The notes under the pieces: model-generated | Seen by the model: only the letters and a program-made list of their open reading frames with translations | Databases searched by the model: none | What the model was told of the DNA's origin: nothing | Part shown: piece after piece, positions 38,020-51,799 of the stretch | Position numbering within the stretch: the first letter of the stretch is position 1 | Layout: each line of letters starts with the position of its first letter | Made by a program: the position numbers and the translations under genes | Origin: Anthoceros angustus | Lineage: Eukaryota; Plantae; Anthocerotophyta | Direction: 5' to 3' | DNA: 64,000 nucleotides | NCBI GenBank assembly: GCA_010909165.1 | Contig: MU008155.1 | Span: forward strand, 992,001-1,056,000

Positions 38020-40315
38020 ATCCCAGCTGGAGGGTTTGACTATGTGCTATTGGGTTGCCTACATACCCGCCCCCGTTATTCCCGCTCCGTTGTTTATGTG
38101 GTCTATCCTCCCCAGGCATGACTCGCATGGCCGGGAATGGTGGTACCAGCCGGTGGGGTTTGAACAGTAGGTGATGACGTGATGACGTTCTCGTTAGGAG
38201 TCGACGCAATTGGAACACCTGCCAACGGTCCGGGAGCACCATTACTCAGGATTGAAGCATGACGCAATTGTTAGCATTGAAGGTTGTCGATTCCAACCTG
38301 ATGAGTCTGAAAATGTCTTCTGCCAGCCTCCAAGGAGGGCTGATGGAGCGCAGCCAAGTCGATTCCCCTACCGAGAGTACTCATGCTCGGATGAAGGGGT
38401 TTCAAGTTCCTGGTGTCTGGTGCGCCAATTGACAACCGTGAAATTGTTGTCTTGAAACCAATCAACTTGAGACTGGCAACTCAAGAACGATTGCTCCCAC
38501 CTGCTGCCTGAGACCAAATACCTCTCGACATAGCTGCAAACGAAGCTTTGGCGCAGGCAAGATTGGATGCCACGATGATGAGAAGCAACCAGTGCCCTAG
38601 CCGAATTGCACCAGGCCTCCCATTTCTCCATGGTTGCCTACAACCAGTCCAGCTGGTCGCCATTGCTTCAACTGTCAATCCACGCCCAAGCAATCGATAG
38701 CAAATGTATGCGGATAGTCTTTTTTGCTGTTCTGCAGTCTGCAGCAACCACGAGTGGAAAGTTGCGACAGATTGGAGACTGAATTGCAGCAATCAGCTCC
38801 ATTTATGCTCTTACACACCGTCCGGGCACAACACGGGTCGGCATGTCGAGACAACTACTACTTGTGGGACGACCTATGTTGACTGAGTCACATGATGCTT
38901 CCAGTGAAGCTGGACAAAATAGACGCGTACTCAGATAAGACTCTCTCTGCCTTCATCTCCAAGGGTGGGACACTTGGAACAGACACAGTCGCTAAAAAAA
39001 ACATTTCGAACAGACACAGTTCCGCCAGACGGTACAAGCTAACCCACCACTGCCAGCCTCCAAGGAGGGCTGATGGAGCGCAGCCAAGTCGATTCCCCAA
39101 GTACTCATGCTCGGATGAAGGGGTTTCAAGTTCCTGGTGTCTGGTGCGCCAATTGACAACCGTGAAATTGTTGTCTTGAAACCAATCAACTTGAGACTGG
39201 CAACTCCAAGAACGATTGCTCCCACCTGCTGCCTGAGACCAAATACCTCTCGACATAGCTGCAAACGAAGCTTTGGCGCAGGCAAGATTGGATGCCACGA
39301 TGATGAGAAGCAACCAGTGCCTAGCCGAATTGCACCAGGCCTCCCATTTCTCCATGGTTGCCTACAACCAGTCCAGCTGGTCGCCATTGCTTCAACTGTC
39401 AATCCACGCCCAAGCAATCGATAGCAAATGTATGCGGATAGTCTTTTGCTGTTCTGCAGTCTGCAGCAACCACGAGTGGAAAGCTGAGTCAGATTGGAGA
39501 CTGCACTGCAGCAATCAGCACCATTTATGCTCTTACACACCGTCCGGGCACGACACGGGTCGGCATGTCGAGACGACTACTGGTTGTGCGGACGACCTAT
39601 GTTGACCAAGTCACATTATGCTTCCAGTGAAGCTGGACAAAATAGATGCTCACTCAGATAAGACTCAACGTCAACACCAACGCTTCTTTGCACATGAGCA
39701 GACCTGCAGATCTCATTTCCGTGAATTCACAGCTATAAAGAATCAGCAAAACATCCAGAACGACGAGGCTCGCGATTGGGAGACAGTCACACACAACCGC
39801 AGGTTGATCCGGGGTCTTACGGTTGCAGCATAGAGATTTGATTAGATGAGATTGCCAATAAACAATGTTGGAATTACGTCCTTATGGCTGATGCCAGTGA
39901 CCAACTGACAAACGGAGCAGCAATGACAGCTGCCTAAGAAAAAGGAGCGTCAAGACAGCTCGCATTTGTTATTTGCGACAACTAACATCTCTCAAGTGCT
40001 AGCTAGGGGACAACATGATCAAAAACAAACCTGGCGTGGATTTCCAAGCTCAGAGCTTCCAGGAAAGAAAGCTTGTACTGAAAAACAACTTGCAACTGTA
40101 TTTAGGACCAGCTGACCGACAGGATTTGCTGGCAGAACAGGTGGGTTTGATTGTCCTCATTCCATGCTTCACTACCCTCAAACATCCAACAATCCCACGT
40201 CAGCATCTCGGTGGTGTTTTCAATGTCCAGTTCAAGATTCGGGAAGCTGAAGGTGCCTCAAAACTCCTTCAGCAAGCCTTGAGAATGACGCGTCAGAAAA
40301 CCCGTTTCCTGAAAT
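38020..40315 (-). other. Deleted and partly duplicated copy of the downstream exon region (copy 2)
   Basis: Homologous to 23465-26745. It lacks ~23600-24320 and ~25270-26090 and carries a ~730-bp internal duplication (junction 39050-39061). Confidence 0.75.
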
Positions 40316-40328
40316 ACAAGAATCCGGG

Positions 40329-42089
40329 TCAGAGTTCTTTCTGGTTAACAGTCACTGACGTAAGCGTTGTCCTCCCAACAATTTGTTCAGGATCCGAGGA
40401 GCCGAGCCTGTCCTCCGGACAAACTTGGCTCCTGGGCTCCAGATAAACTTGGCTTCTGGGCTGTGGATGAACTTGGCTCATGGGCTCCGGATAAAACTCG
40501 CCTCCTGGGCGCTGAATAAACTCGTCTCCTGGTCTCCGGATAAACTTGGCTCCTAACAACATAGGCACCAATGCAAAATCCTGGCAAAAGCATGAATGCC
40601 ACTTTCTGAGGTACTGGTTTGCGGCCGACGGGATGGAACTCCTGCTGCTGCTTCACCACACTCTGCGTGTAGGCTGCATCAAAATCACTCCCTGCTTTCA
40701 CCTGCAATGCCCGATTTGGTAATGAGCCGAGATGTATGAATAACAGTATAAAGTGGACAAAACTAGCAGCAAACACAGCAACGGCAACAAGGATGTGAAT
40801 ATCCGGGCCAGAGGCAGTTACCTTAACAAAGCAAGGGTGCTCAAAGCTGGAGGCAAGAAGGTGCGAGAGCCACACACAGATGAGCAACGAGAGAAGCTTG
40901 TTGCCCACAGTCCTGTTCCACTCCTCGACAGCAGCGACGTCTCCTGGAAACGGGCAGTCCCAAAACTTTTCCATCGGGTCTGTCTTTCGCATATTGCCGT
41001 TGCCTCACTGTGACAGAAGGCCTAACACTTCATTCTGCCGCAACCACACTCCTTCCTGACGTCTCCTTCGCAGTCTGGGGGACAAAAGTACTCGCGCAGA
41101 GCCGCAACATCGGACTGCCGAGCGCTCAACAGTTGCAACAACCTGTCAGCAAACTTGTCGAAAATCCCTGATCACTCTCAATCTCTTTGAACTGCTTGTA
41201 CTTCTCAGCACGGAGCTTCTCCCATTCCATCTCCGCTGGCAAACACTCAGCACTGCACAAGTCCTGTGAATCGAAACCCAAGAAAACAGAGTCAGCGATT
41301 AGCTTCTGAAAATCATAGCTGCCATGAATCGAGCCCGGGAATATAGCGGCCACAATCTCCTGTGCTCAATCCTTCAGCAAATTCGTTCCCGCTTTGCAGA
41401 TCAAAGCGTGCGTGAATTCTCTGAGACAGTCCCTCGTCCTGTCAGCCAGGCGCTGCATATCGACGGGAGTGGGAACCGACCCCTGGTTGGGCACCGATAC
41501 CGTTACAGCCACATTCCTGTCTCCCGCCTGTGCAGCTCCGAGTCTCTTGATTTCCGACTCGAGGTTCGCTTTCCGAACCTGGAGGTAGCAGACTTCTTCC
41601 TGGAGCTGCCTACAATGTGACGAAAGCTGCGCTGTAACCGATTCGCTCTCTTTGAGCTTCATGTCATGTTGAAGTTGGTGCTCGGCGAGAGCCAAATCGG
41701 TCTTACCCGTTTCGTTGCGCATGACCTCCTTCAGAAACATCATATAGCTTTGCCTCTGCTCCTGCACCTCGCGCCGATGCCGCTCTCGCAAGGCCTGCGT
41801 CTCAGGGTCGCTATGAGTCTCGCTCTCCCGCTTGCGTGGAGCAATCCCAATTCGAGCCTTCATTCCCCAGGCTTGTTGCCGGCAGTATTCCGTTCCGTTG
41901 CGAGTCCGGGGTTGCACCTTCACCATCAAGCTGACCCCGCGCCACCTCAGTTTGCAGCTCAAGCAGTGTCTCCTCTCCATGGGCAGTCTGGTCCACCACG
42001 ATGGCATGCCCTCCCAAGGTTGTGGCCTCTTCACAGACTGCAGAACTCAGCTCGGCTTCCATCTTCGCTGGACCGGATGGCGGCAGCAT
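40329..42089 (-). CDS. GIL1/IRKI-like protein, copy 2 (chimeric); intron 40702-40821; apparent frameshifts may be sequence error
   Basis: High identity to copies 1 and 3. The same peptides appear in ORF-track entries 40387-40992, 41366-42034 and 41811-42221. Confidence 0.7.
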
Positions 42090-43194
42090 CCACAAACGTC
42101 CCCTGGAGCGCAACGAGAAAACCACAAAGCGACTGTTCGAGGATGACCGGGCCCCGCGACTTGAGGACACCGAGGAACCGGAGAAGCTGGTCATAAACCT
42201 TGCAGTACCACTAAATTCCACTAAGGTTTATAAACCCTTAAACTCTAAGCTGAATATCTTTTTTATCAAATGAATTTATAAAATAAGAAAACGGCAACTG
42301 TTTCTGAACTGTAAAACTAGGTACCTACGGCCAAACAATCCATGGAAAATGTATGTATATGGCCGTATATTTAAATATGTTCTGTTCAACAGCTTTAGTA
42401 GCAGTGGAAGTTAAATCATATGAGCAATTATGGACACCTATGTTGCTGCACAGAGTGTGCTGTACTCCAAGAATATCGACACCTATATTGTTGCACAAAC
42501 TTTGCTGAACTCCAACAATTATCATTATCGACACCTGTGTTGTTGCACATTCTTGGTGTATACATGATATTTATGTCATGCATGGCAAAGAGAGAGGGGG
42601 CTACGAGAGTAAGGCCATGCCGTGAGCATAGCATGTGGGTACACTTGGCCGTACATGAAGAACCGATTTTTAAGTGTAGTTCTCCGTAGGCCATTCCTTG
42701 TCTATCTACCCATCGTGCCAGGTATGCAAATCTTGCATCATGGACAACAACAAGTCACATGATTGTAAAAATCTACATGCCTTTAAGAGCTGCTCCAGGA
42801 ACCTTGACATGCCCGTGACTTGCGAGTTCCAACTCATACAGCCTTTTTTGCAAAATAATTATATTTTTTTTGTAAAGTTTCTATTTCTAGATGTACTACT
42901 CAAAATTGCCTTTTGCTTGATGCTAAGAATGAAGCCTTCTTTTTGATCTTGTCTAATTCATGAAGAAATGCGGCCAAGGCTTTGCGTATTTGCTGCAGTA
43001 GTTCCTTCAAGGAATTTTTCTAAGATAAATCTAGGAGGTAATTTCTGTCTGGGATGTGTGAACGCAGGGCATTTGAATACAAAGTGTTTATCGCCTCCCA
43101 CTTCTTTTGGAAGGCAACCTTAGGCAATTCAAGGGCCCTCTTCTTATGCTTCCATTCTACCACCTCAAGATTGTAGTCCATGCATCTGAATTTA

Positions 43195-44712
43195 CATGTT
43201 TTGAAAGGGTTTCTCCACGAAACCCCTTTTTGCTATGGACGTGGCGGACCCCTTTTGCACTTGAAAAATCCGCACTATAATCAGCCTTTTGGTATTTCTC
43301 TGTGAGACATGTCAACCTTTTGAATAATTGTTTTGATACACGTTATTTGAGATTGTAGATTGCAAGTGCTGGCAAAACCTAAAGTCCCATTCTCGTTCGG
43401 CTTTTTCTTTCAAACTGGACCACGAATTGCGCAAACTTGCGCGCATCCATCTAAGCTCCAACATCGGCAATCATTGCGGTGTTGGACGATATCTAACGTT
43501 TAGAGTTTTTAGGGCTTGCTAGTGCAGTGCAAACTTGTTTGCGCACCAACCTTTCATTCATACCACTCAATCCTAAGACTATACTCTCGCTCACGAGAAT
43601 TTTACAGACTTTGTTTCTTAGACATTGGGACAATAATATCTTGACCTGTTCTTGATCCACATGCGTCGAGAATGAGAGTGGCATGGTGCACTTGGGTGGG
43701 CCCAGCGTCTCAAGATTCAAAAGATGCAAAGGTTCTCACTACTAGTTCAAAGTTTTAACCACTAGAAAAAGATGAGGGTTAAGTAAAGATAAGAACATAT
43801 CCACATTAGGGAGGTGCACAAAAAGGTTGAAAAGCGTCGAAAGGAACCCTTTAAAACAACAAAAATATCAAAAAAATACAAAAAATTCAAAAAATTTTTA
43901 GGGCAAGTGTCGCACTTGCCTCTGGACTTTTTTTTTAGGATTTTTAAGGGTTTTTAGACTTTTTGCTCTTTTTCTTTGGATGAACCGTCAGGAATGCACT
44001 AGGAGGCATGAACCATATGGGTTCATGCTCCTAGGCCCTTCTTGACCTTGGTGCGTGCACTTGGGCACAGGCCTCCTGCCCCAGTGCGCGCCTTGTGCTG
44101 CCCGGGTGCCCCCCCCCGGTACATGCACTTGTTCACCCTGGGCCCCTAACATGTTTGATGATAACCCGTACTAGGTCACGAAAGGCAAACACCGTAAAGG
44201 ATAAAAAGGGGATAGGGTGTTCTTCGTCGCATTAGGGCATAGGATAGATATATGAGGCGGTCTAGGTGAACCTCCTCATGTCTACTACTTGTTATTTTGT
44301 TGGGAGTTCGGCATCCTCGGACCTCAAAGGACATGTTTCCCCATTAGAAGATTATTTTCGTTCTTTTTGCACGCGTGCACAAGTTTGCGCATAAGCGTTG
44401 TTTAGCACTTATGCGCCCTAGGCTCAGTATACAAAACATACAAAACCACACAAAATGCGAAACTACGGACATGGAAATTATGGAACAATGAGGTCACTAG
44501 CCCTTCATCACACCGACTAAATCGCCATGAACTGAGTACAAGGCGTGCCAGTGTAAATGACTCGAAGTGGTGCGGGCCAGAATGCGAACCGATGGATGAA
44601 CACCTACAAAAACCAACAAAAACCAAAGCAATTTCAGTTTCCGGCGAAATAGGGTTGGGATTTTTTCCAAAACCCCTTTTGACAGGAGAAACCCCTTTCT
44701 AAACAGACGCTG
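43195..44712. mobile_element. hAT-like MITE, copy 2
   Basis: Colinear with 29651-31186. The right TIR (44683-44712) is clean. Confidence 0.65.
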
Positions 44713-45616
44713 TTTTGCCCACTAGCTGCTGGTGATAAGTCCCCAAGTTGGATTCGAGATACTCCCGCATTTTGTATTCTTTGCCCCAGTGAGTGTTGTG
44801 GAAGGGCCTATCACCTTTTAGCGATTTGCTTCTTCAAGTTCTAACACGATAATTTTTGAAGGGGGGGATATACTGACCCCCTTCGGTCATCACAACACCC
44901 CCTTGTCACGAAGAACACCTTACCTAGAACAGCATATGTGCCCTACTTTGATAATGCACACACCCTTTAGAGGTCATACCGGTAAAGCGCACTTTCAAGT
45001 GAACACCCTAGAACTGGAGCACAGTAGGGTGTGGGCCCGTCTGCGCTTTTGTAGAATGTTTAGAGGGCTGCCATTTTTATATGTTTATTACAACCGAAAA
45101 CTTTTACTTTGAAGTGGTGGAACACAATGAAAACAATCCTGTACTAGAGGGAGTCTCATTTTAATCGTCGTAAGAACATTGCAACAAACATCGCTAAAGG
45201 AGGAGTGGTCATCGGCATCGACAATAGTCATTGAAGAGTGCGGCTGGCGACTCATCCATGCCTTGCATCGACATCGAGTCAAGAACCACCGCCATATTCG
45301 GATGCGGTCCATATCGCCTCAAAGTTATCGTTCTCCTCCATTGCTTGCTCGTCTTCAATAGTATCATTCCACGGGCCCACCATCGGTGTGGTGCCACACA
45401 TCTAGGGTTCTTGACCTCATCCAAAAGGTCGCCATGATCGTAGTCTTCAACCTTCGGCACTCAATGCAACCACTTGGGCTTTAAGGCAATGCCCGTCCTT
45501 AAAATGAACAAAGTTAGTTGCCCATGCGCCCATGCAAGCATCCTTAAAATCAACAAAGTTGAGTTATTAAAAGATATGTTTTGAACCCGAACCTATTCAT
45601 TACTAAACCTTTTCCC

Positions 45617-48532
45617 AAACAACAACAACAACAACAACTTTATTTATGTCCACTAAGGATGGAGAACCATCATGGGACAGAGAGAGATAGTCTGCGTAAA
45701 GAGGTTTAAAACCGAGTACACTTACGTCGTCACGAACTAGAGAAGCGATTACAGGGAAGCAGAAAGAAGGCAAAGACTACAAGGAGTCCAACAAGGACTG
45801 CCAAGATCAAGAAGCTCGAGAGAGACATAGTCCAGAGCCTAGGAATGTGGAAAGAGAAAAATCTGCGGCAAGCCGCACATTCAAAAGAAGAGAGTAACGA
45901 GACCGAATATCGGCATAGGCGGACAATAAAAGGAAGTGTGATTGATTCGGGATCCAAGGAGCAAAGCTTGCGATCCTATCGTCTTGGGAGGGGTAGGCTT
46001 GAGCCAGCGGTCGGTCTCAATCCGGAGGTGGTGGGAGCTAACACGAAATTGACCTATGAGTGTGCGGAGTTTGAAGGAAAGGGGCGAGGGGGGGCGGGGT
46101 AGGAAATTTACGGAGGGAGGATTAACTCGAGCTCGTCTTTGTAAAAGCGGAGTCTAGAAGTGAGAGGGGAAAAGGAAAGGGGACCAGGTGAGGCGAAGGT
46201 ATCTTAATTTAAGGGCCTATGAATGGAGTGGTTGGGGGATGTGAGAAAGGGGAGTTGGGAGGAGGAGAGGGCCAAGCAGTCGAAAAAGGTTCAAACTCGA
46301 ATCTTCTAAGCCGGTTGGCGCTTGAGAAAGCCGCAAAAAGAAGCTTGTGGGTCAAGATGAGCGAGCGGGGAGGACCTAAAGGCAAGGAGGAGGTAAGGGG
46401 ATCCAAAATGGGATTAGCAATATCAAGGAGGTGGAGGCGGTAAAGAAAGGATGAGAGGCGAAAAAGGCCATCAAGTTCGAGGAAAGGCTGCAAATTCGGA
46501 AAGGAGGATGGGTAATGGAGTACGCTTACAAGCAATGTGAGCGGAGAAAGGAAGATTGAACCCTTTCCACCTTCGCCCAAGAAGAAGGGAAAGATCCGGG
46601 CCCCAAATTTCAGCGCCATACAAGGCGGAGGGAATTACCATAGTGTTGAGCAGCTTCCGATTGATATCCAAGATTCATCACAGTAAAGCAGTAAAGCACA
46701 GAGCCCATCCCTTGGTAGCGGAGGAGGCGAGGAGGTCCATTAAATTTAGGACCAAAATAGTGATACCAGATAAGTATAGGATCGAACCATCTCCACCTCC
46801 CGACCATCATAATAAAATTTGCAATCACCCTTGTAATCCCGAGTGTTGAACCGCATAATCTTGGTCTTGCAGATTGACAAAGAGACCCTTGGTTTTACAA
46901 AAAGGGATAAAACATCCGATTGCTTTTCGAGGCCCTCGGAATGAGATAAAAGAACAATATCATCCATATAGGAGGATAGGAATACTTTCAAATAGCCGAG
47001 CACCGGTCGCCGGATCGAAGAAGCCATTCCTCAAGCTCATCAATATACAACCCAAAGAGATTTGGGGACAAAGGGTCGCCTCATGACGCCAAGTTGGATA
47101 GGGATCCGGGAAGACAAACCACGGGAGTCTTGATTCGAGCAAAGACCCTTTTGTAGAGAAGGGTAGCAGACATGCCACAAATGAGGAGGCATCTTAAGAG
47201 ATTGAAGTCAAACAACTTATCCCAAGGCATGAGTTGAAAGCACGCTTAAAGTCAACAAAACAACGTGCTTCTTGATGTCGAGCCCCTTCAACAATAGCCG
47301 GAGGGTAAAAGATGATCCAAAGTATTCGACCAAGGCGGAACCGGAGCCCCAGCACGCACCTTAGCCTCCTCAAGTAGTCAAGATCTCCAAACTAGAGCTA
47401 AAGATCTTAGCATAGATAGACTCCACGGTGATAAATCGGTAATTAGAAGGGAGATAAGGGTCGACCTTGAGAATGGAGTGGATATCATTCTCACACCAAG
47501 GATCGAGCGAAAGACAAAGCATCATTAAGCGAGAGGCAAGATGCGAGGAGAAGGAGGTAGAGTCGAACCGGAATAAATCCCGTGGATACCATTAGGGTCG
47601 ATGGTACCACTTCGAGCCGGATAACAGACAGATTGGCGGTGAAAACCCGAGACCGAGATCGAGGAATCGAGGCGGGGAGGCGGAGGGATGGTAAAGACTA
47701 TGAACATAGGAGAGGAGTTCGAGTGGCTTTGAGAAGAATGGGTGAGCGTGTGGAATTCCTTCCAAAAGGCGAGCCAAGGGGCGTTCGAGAGAGACGGTGT
47801 GTTCGCTTGGATGAATTGGGACTTTTCATGGAGATGAAGGCTTTGTAAGGCTTGGTGGCTTTGTAAAGAGCGGAATGATGGGATCCGGGAGGAGATTAAG
47901 TTGGCGCAAAGTGAGATGCAATTGAGCGCGTCGCTACAATCCGCATCAAACCGAGGATGGCGGGGTTGGTTTGCACGGGAGGATGGCAAAATTTGAAAGG
48001 AAAAGTGGAGTTAGAGCAATGAGTGGCAAGAAAAGGGAGGGTGGGGGAATGGAAGCAAGGGAGGCAAGCTGGAAAATTGGGGTACAAGGTCTTGTGGAAA
48101 GGTGAATCTGGAGAGGCGGTGGGAGGCGGGGGATCTGAGGAACAAAGATCAAAACAATCGGCAAGATGGTCGACTCCAAACATGTGGAGTCAGTCGAGCC
48201 TAGAAATCTGTGAGAGAAGGCCAGCGTCACCAATAACATAATCCAACCTAGAAGAGGAACCATCTTTGAAGAAAGAATTACTCAAGCCAGCGAAGTCCGT
48301 TGAAAATGACCATGTTGTGGGATTGACTAGACGTAAAGGGCAACACCATAGGAATTTAGTGGATGGGTATTTAAGACCGATCGAGCCCGAGGGTCGGCGG
48401 GATCCAATTGAGAAATTTTGTCAAATCAAGGAATCATAGATAGCCTTGTTGTGTGGTCCAAGCGTTGAAGTCCCCAACGAGAAGAATATCAGCAATAGGG
48501 GAAAACTTGAGATGGACTAGACCAACAATCCA
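45617..48532 (-). mobile_element. RTE-like LINE, copy 2
   Basis: Same (GTT)n tail, insertion site and 5' truncation point as copy 1. Confidence 0.88.
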
Positions 48533-48589
48533 AGTTACAAACTCATTGATCCACTACATATTGATTTTGTTAAAGAAAGTTTGAGGAGG

Positions 48590-49345
48590 AGCGGCTGCCA
48601 CGCCTGGGCAAGGCAAGGCGTGTTGGTGGGGGCGGCGCCCAAGGGAGGGCGGGCGTCGGGCAGGGGGCGGCCCACGGCCGGGCAGGTGGCTGGGGAGGCC
48701 GCCGAACCCACATGGGCAAGGTGTGCTAGGGGAGGGCGCCGTCGGCCGGCGCCCATGGGCGGTGGTGTGCGAGGCGCGGCCGGCCGCCTACAGGCGTGTG
48801 CAGGGGCGCCGGCCAGGCCGCCATGACATCTTTGAGGAGGCACCGGCCGGCGGCGCCCTCAGCTCCACCACGCCTCCGACGGTGGTGCTAAGGAGGCGCC
48901 GGCCGGGCTCCGCCCTCACGCCCGTAGGCCCACCGATGGGTGGCGTGTGGAGGGCGCGGCCGGTCCCTGTGCGCGAACCACCCGTGGGGTGGGCAAAGCA
49001 GGTGGTGCGGCGCTGCCGAGGCCGTGGGCGGCCCCTCCTCCACGCGCACCACCGGGTGGGCCCTACGTGGGGTGGTGCGTGGAGGCGCGCGGCCGGCGCC
49101 TCGCGCTCCACCCATCGGGCATACGGTGGTGCGGGGAGGCGGGCGCGGCGGCCATCTCCGCGCGCACCAAACTCGACGGGTGGTGCGGCGGATAGAGGCG
49201 CCGGCCTGGCGCGGCTCCCTCACGCGCCACCCGTAGGGCCTGACTGGTGGCGGTGAGGGCGCCGGTGGCCGCCTCTCCTCCTCGCACCACTGACCTTATG
49301 CCCGGGGTGGGCGGCCAGGCGCCGGCCGGCCGCCTCCTCCGTGTG
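48590..49345. repeat. GC-rich hairpin array, copy 2 (shorter and noisier)
   Basis: Same motifs and flanks as 35090-36135. Confidence 0.65.
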
Positions 49346-49825
49346 GCCCTCTCTTCCACCCACAGACGTGGCACTTCCATCGAGTGAGGCTAACCTTGCC
49401 AAACAACCTTGGAATGAAGGCTAACCTTAGAAGCAAATGCAAATGAATCGCATTTCTGATTAGAGTGTAGAATACTTCTCCGAAAACATCTGTCACGATT
49501 GGACAGCGATAAGGGATAAGCTGCGAGTTCGTGGCTTAATACAACCTGCGAGTCAAAGTGCTGAAGATAATGATGACAATGGAGGAGAAGGACCAAGTGA
49601 TGATTGAAGGATTGAACTCGGGATGAGTGGAAACCTAGATTTTTTCCCGGGGTCGAGTTAATGTTGTAAGTCCGGTTCTTGATATTCTTGTGTTAGGAAA
49701 TACCACTGTCATGGCTTTTGTGGTGTCATAACAAAACCACATTTTCCTCCCAAAGCGAAGTTCTATAGTCCCTTCCGTAGAGAACGATCTTCCTCACCGT
49801 TCCTACTTTGCATTATTCCTGAGTT

Positions 49826-51040
49826 GAGTTTGTGACCACCATTCGACACAAACATTCTTTGGATGGAAAGTAGTAACTTTCTTGGGTGACACCTTTTTTG
49901 AGATTTTCGCAATGCCTTCAAAAGCTGTTTTAGGGCCCATCAAAACCCCTTGATTATTATGAGAACCCCTTGATTATTCACCCCTTCAAAAATTATCATG
50001 TTTTACTGCGTAGGTATTTCTAATGTCTTGGTATGAATAAAGTAATATAGAATAAATATTTTATATTATAATAATAATAAGTTATATATTTATAAATCAT
50101 GTGTCACAATATCCAACTAAAATACTATTAATAATGATTTAAATAATATCAAGTAAATAATAATATTGTTCAAATCCATCAAGACATATTATTATGCATC
50201 AACTAATATATTTCTAGTCTTGTCACACTAGTAGTTTATGTCATGTGGCCAAGTGCGTGAACAAGCTAGTAAGGATCTAGGCATGATGAATATGTATTGA
50301 GCCATTGTGTCATATTTGGTTTACTTTTCTAGTACCAACCTCTCTAGGTTATTCTTAGTGGTTGCTTTAGACCATGATACCTTCTACAAGAGTTTTGAAT
50401 GCAAGGTATGGACTTCAATCTTTTGGTTCGAGTTTGTGACCACCATTCGACACAAACATTGGCCGGATGGAAAGTAGTAATTTTACTGGTGACACCTTTT
50501 TTGAGCTGTTTTTCGCAATGCCTTCAAAACATTTAGGGCCCATCAAAACCCCTTCAGAGATTATTTTATGAGAACCCTTCGAGATTATTCACCCCTTCAA
50601 AAATTATCATGTTTTACTGACGTAGGTATTTCTAATGTCTTGGTATGAAATCGTAATATAGAATAAATATTTTATATTATAATAATAATAAGTTATATAT
50701 TTATAAATCATGTATCACAATATCCAACTAAAATACTATTAATAATGATTTAAATAATATCAAGCAAATAATAATATTGTTCAAATCCAAGACATATTAT
50801 TATGCATCAACTAATATATTTCTAGTCTTGTCACACTAGTAGTTTATGTCATGGCCAAGTGCGTGAACAAGCTAGTAAGGGATCTAGGCATGATGAATAT
50901 GTATTGAGCCAGCTTTGTGTCATATTTGGTTTACTTTTTCTAGTACCAACCTCTCTAGGTTATTCTTAGTGGTTGCTTTAGACCATGATACCTTCTACAA
51001 GAGTTTTGAATGCAAGGTATGGACTTCAATCTTTTGGTTC
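49826..51040. repeat. ~605-bp tandem duplication (49826-50429, 50430-51040) of an AT-rich segment that is single-copy at ~36630-37250
   Basis: GAGTTTGTGACCACCATTCGACACAAACATT recurs at 49826 and 50430. The junction is at GGTTC. Confidence 0.85.
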
Positions 51041-51799
51041 AGTTTTAGCAAGAGGAAAATTATTTTATGTGATCGGGTTTTTGCAAAAAGTATGTTCTAA
51101 GTTAAAACGTGCTCACGAAAATGTAGAACCTGCAAGGAGAAAGGTTATAGAGGTCATTATCTCCTTGGTGATCATATATTTGATTAATTTTTGTTCAGTT
51201 TTTGCAAGCGGTATGTTCTACCATAAAACTTGCTCATTGAAGTGCGAATACATTTAAAAAATACTCAAAGGTCACCGAGGAGTTACCTCCTTGATGATTC
51301 ATGATTCCGTTCATTGTGGGCTGCAAACCTTGTGTTGAGAGAGAGTTGCGGAGAGCCTAGCTAGTGAGTTTGTCGTTGAGTGAAGGCGGTAGCTGGTTGG
51401 GCGAGATAGCTAGACTCAAGTGTGCATTCTATGAATAAAGAGCAGCACCTTCATGAGGTGGTCTGCAGGTCGTTAGTTGACAGTGGGCTACTTGGAGCTG
51501 CGTCGTGAGATCGAGAGCGCTGATAGTTGTGCAAGTCTCAATGTGGAGTGAATTGGCGAGGTTCTAGACTGCCGGGAAGCCAGCACTTGTCGCTTTCTTA
51601 GTGGCTGCATAGCGAGGGGCATTACTTTGTAGTATGAAAAGAGCTAAGTTTAAGCTTAGAGATTGGATTGTTGATTTTCAAACATGCACGATTGTGATTC
51701 ATGATTCTCAAGAATTGATAAAAGGAACTTGCTTGCAAGAGTGTAGGTTATCATGAAATCCGCAAGGGTTGATTTTTTAAAATTATAGAACGGAATTAT

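Noticed and set aside
37490-38020. Possible solo LTR at the cassette edge (also ~51275-51800)
   Set aside because: The TG start is not conserved between the two copies, and there is no TSD, PBS or PPT.
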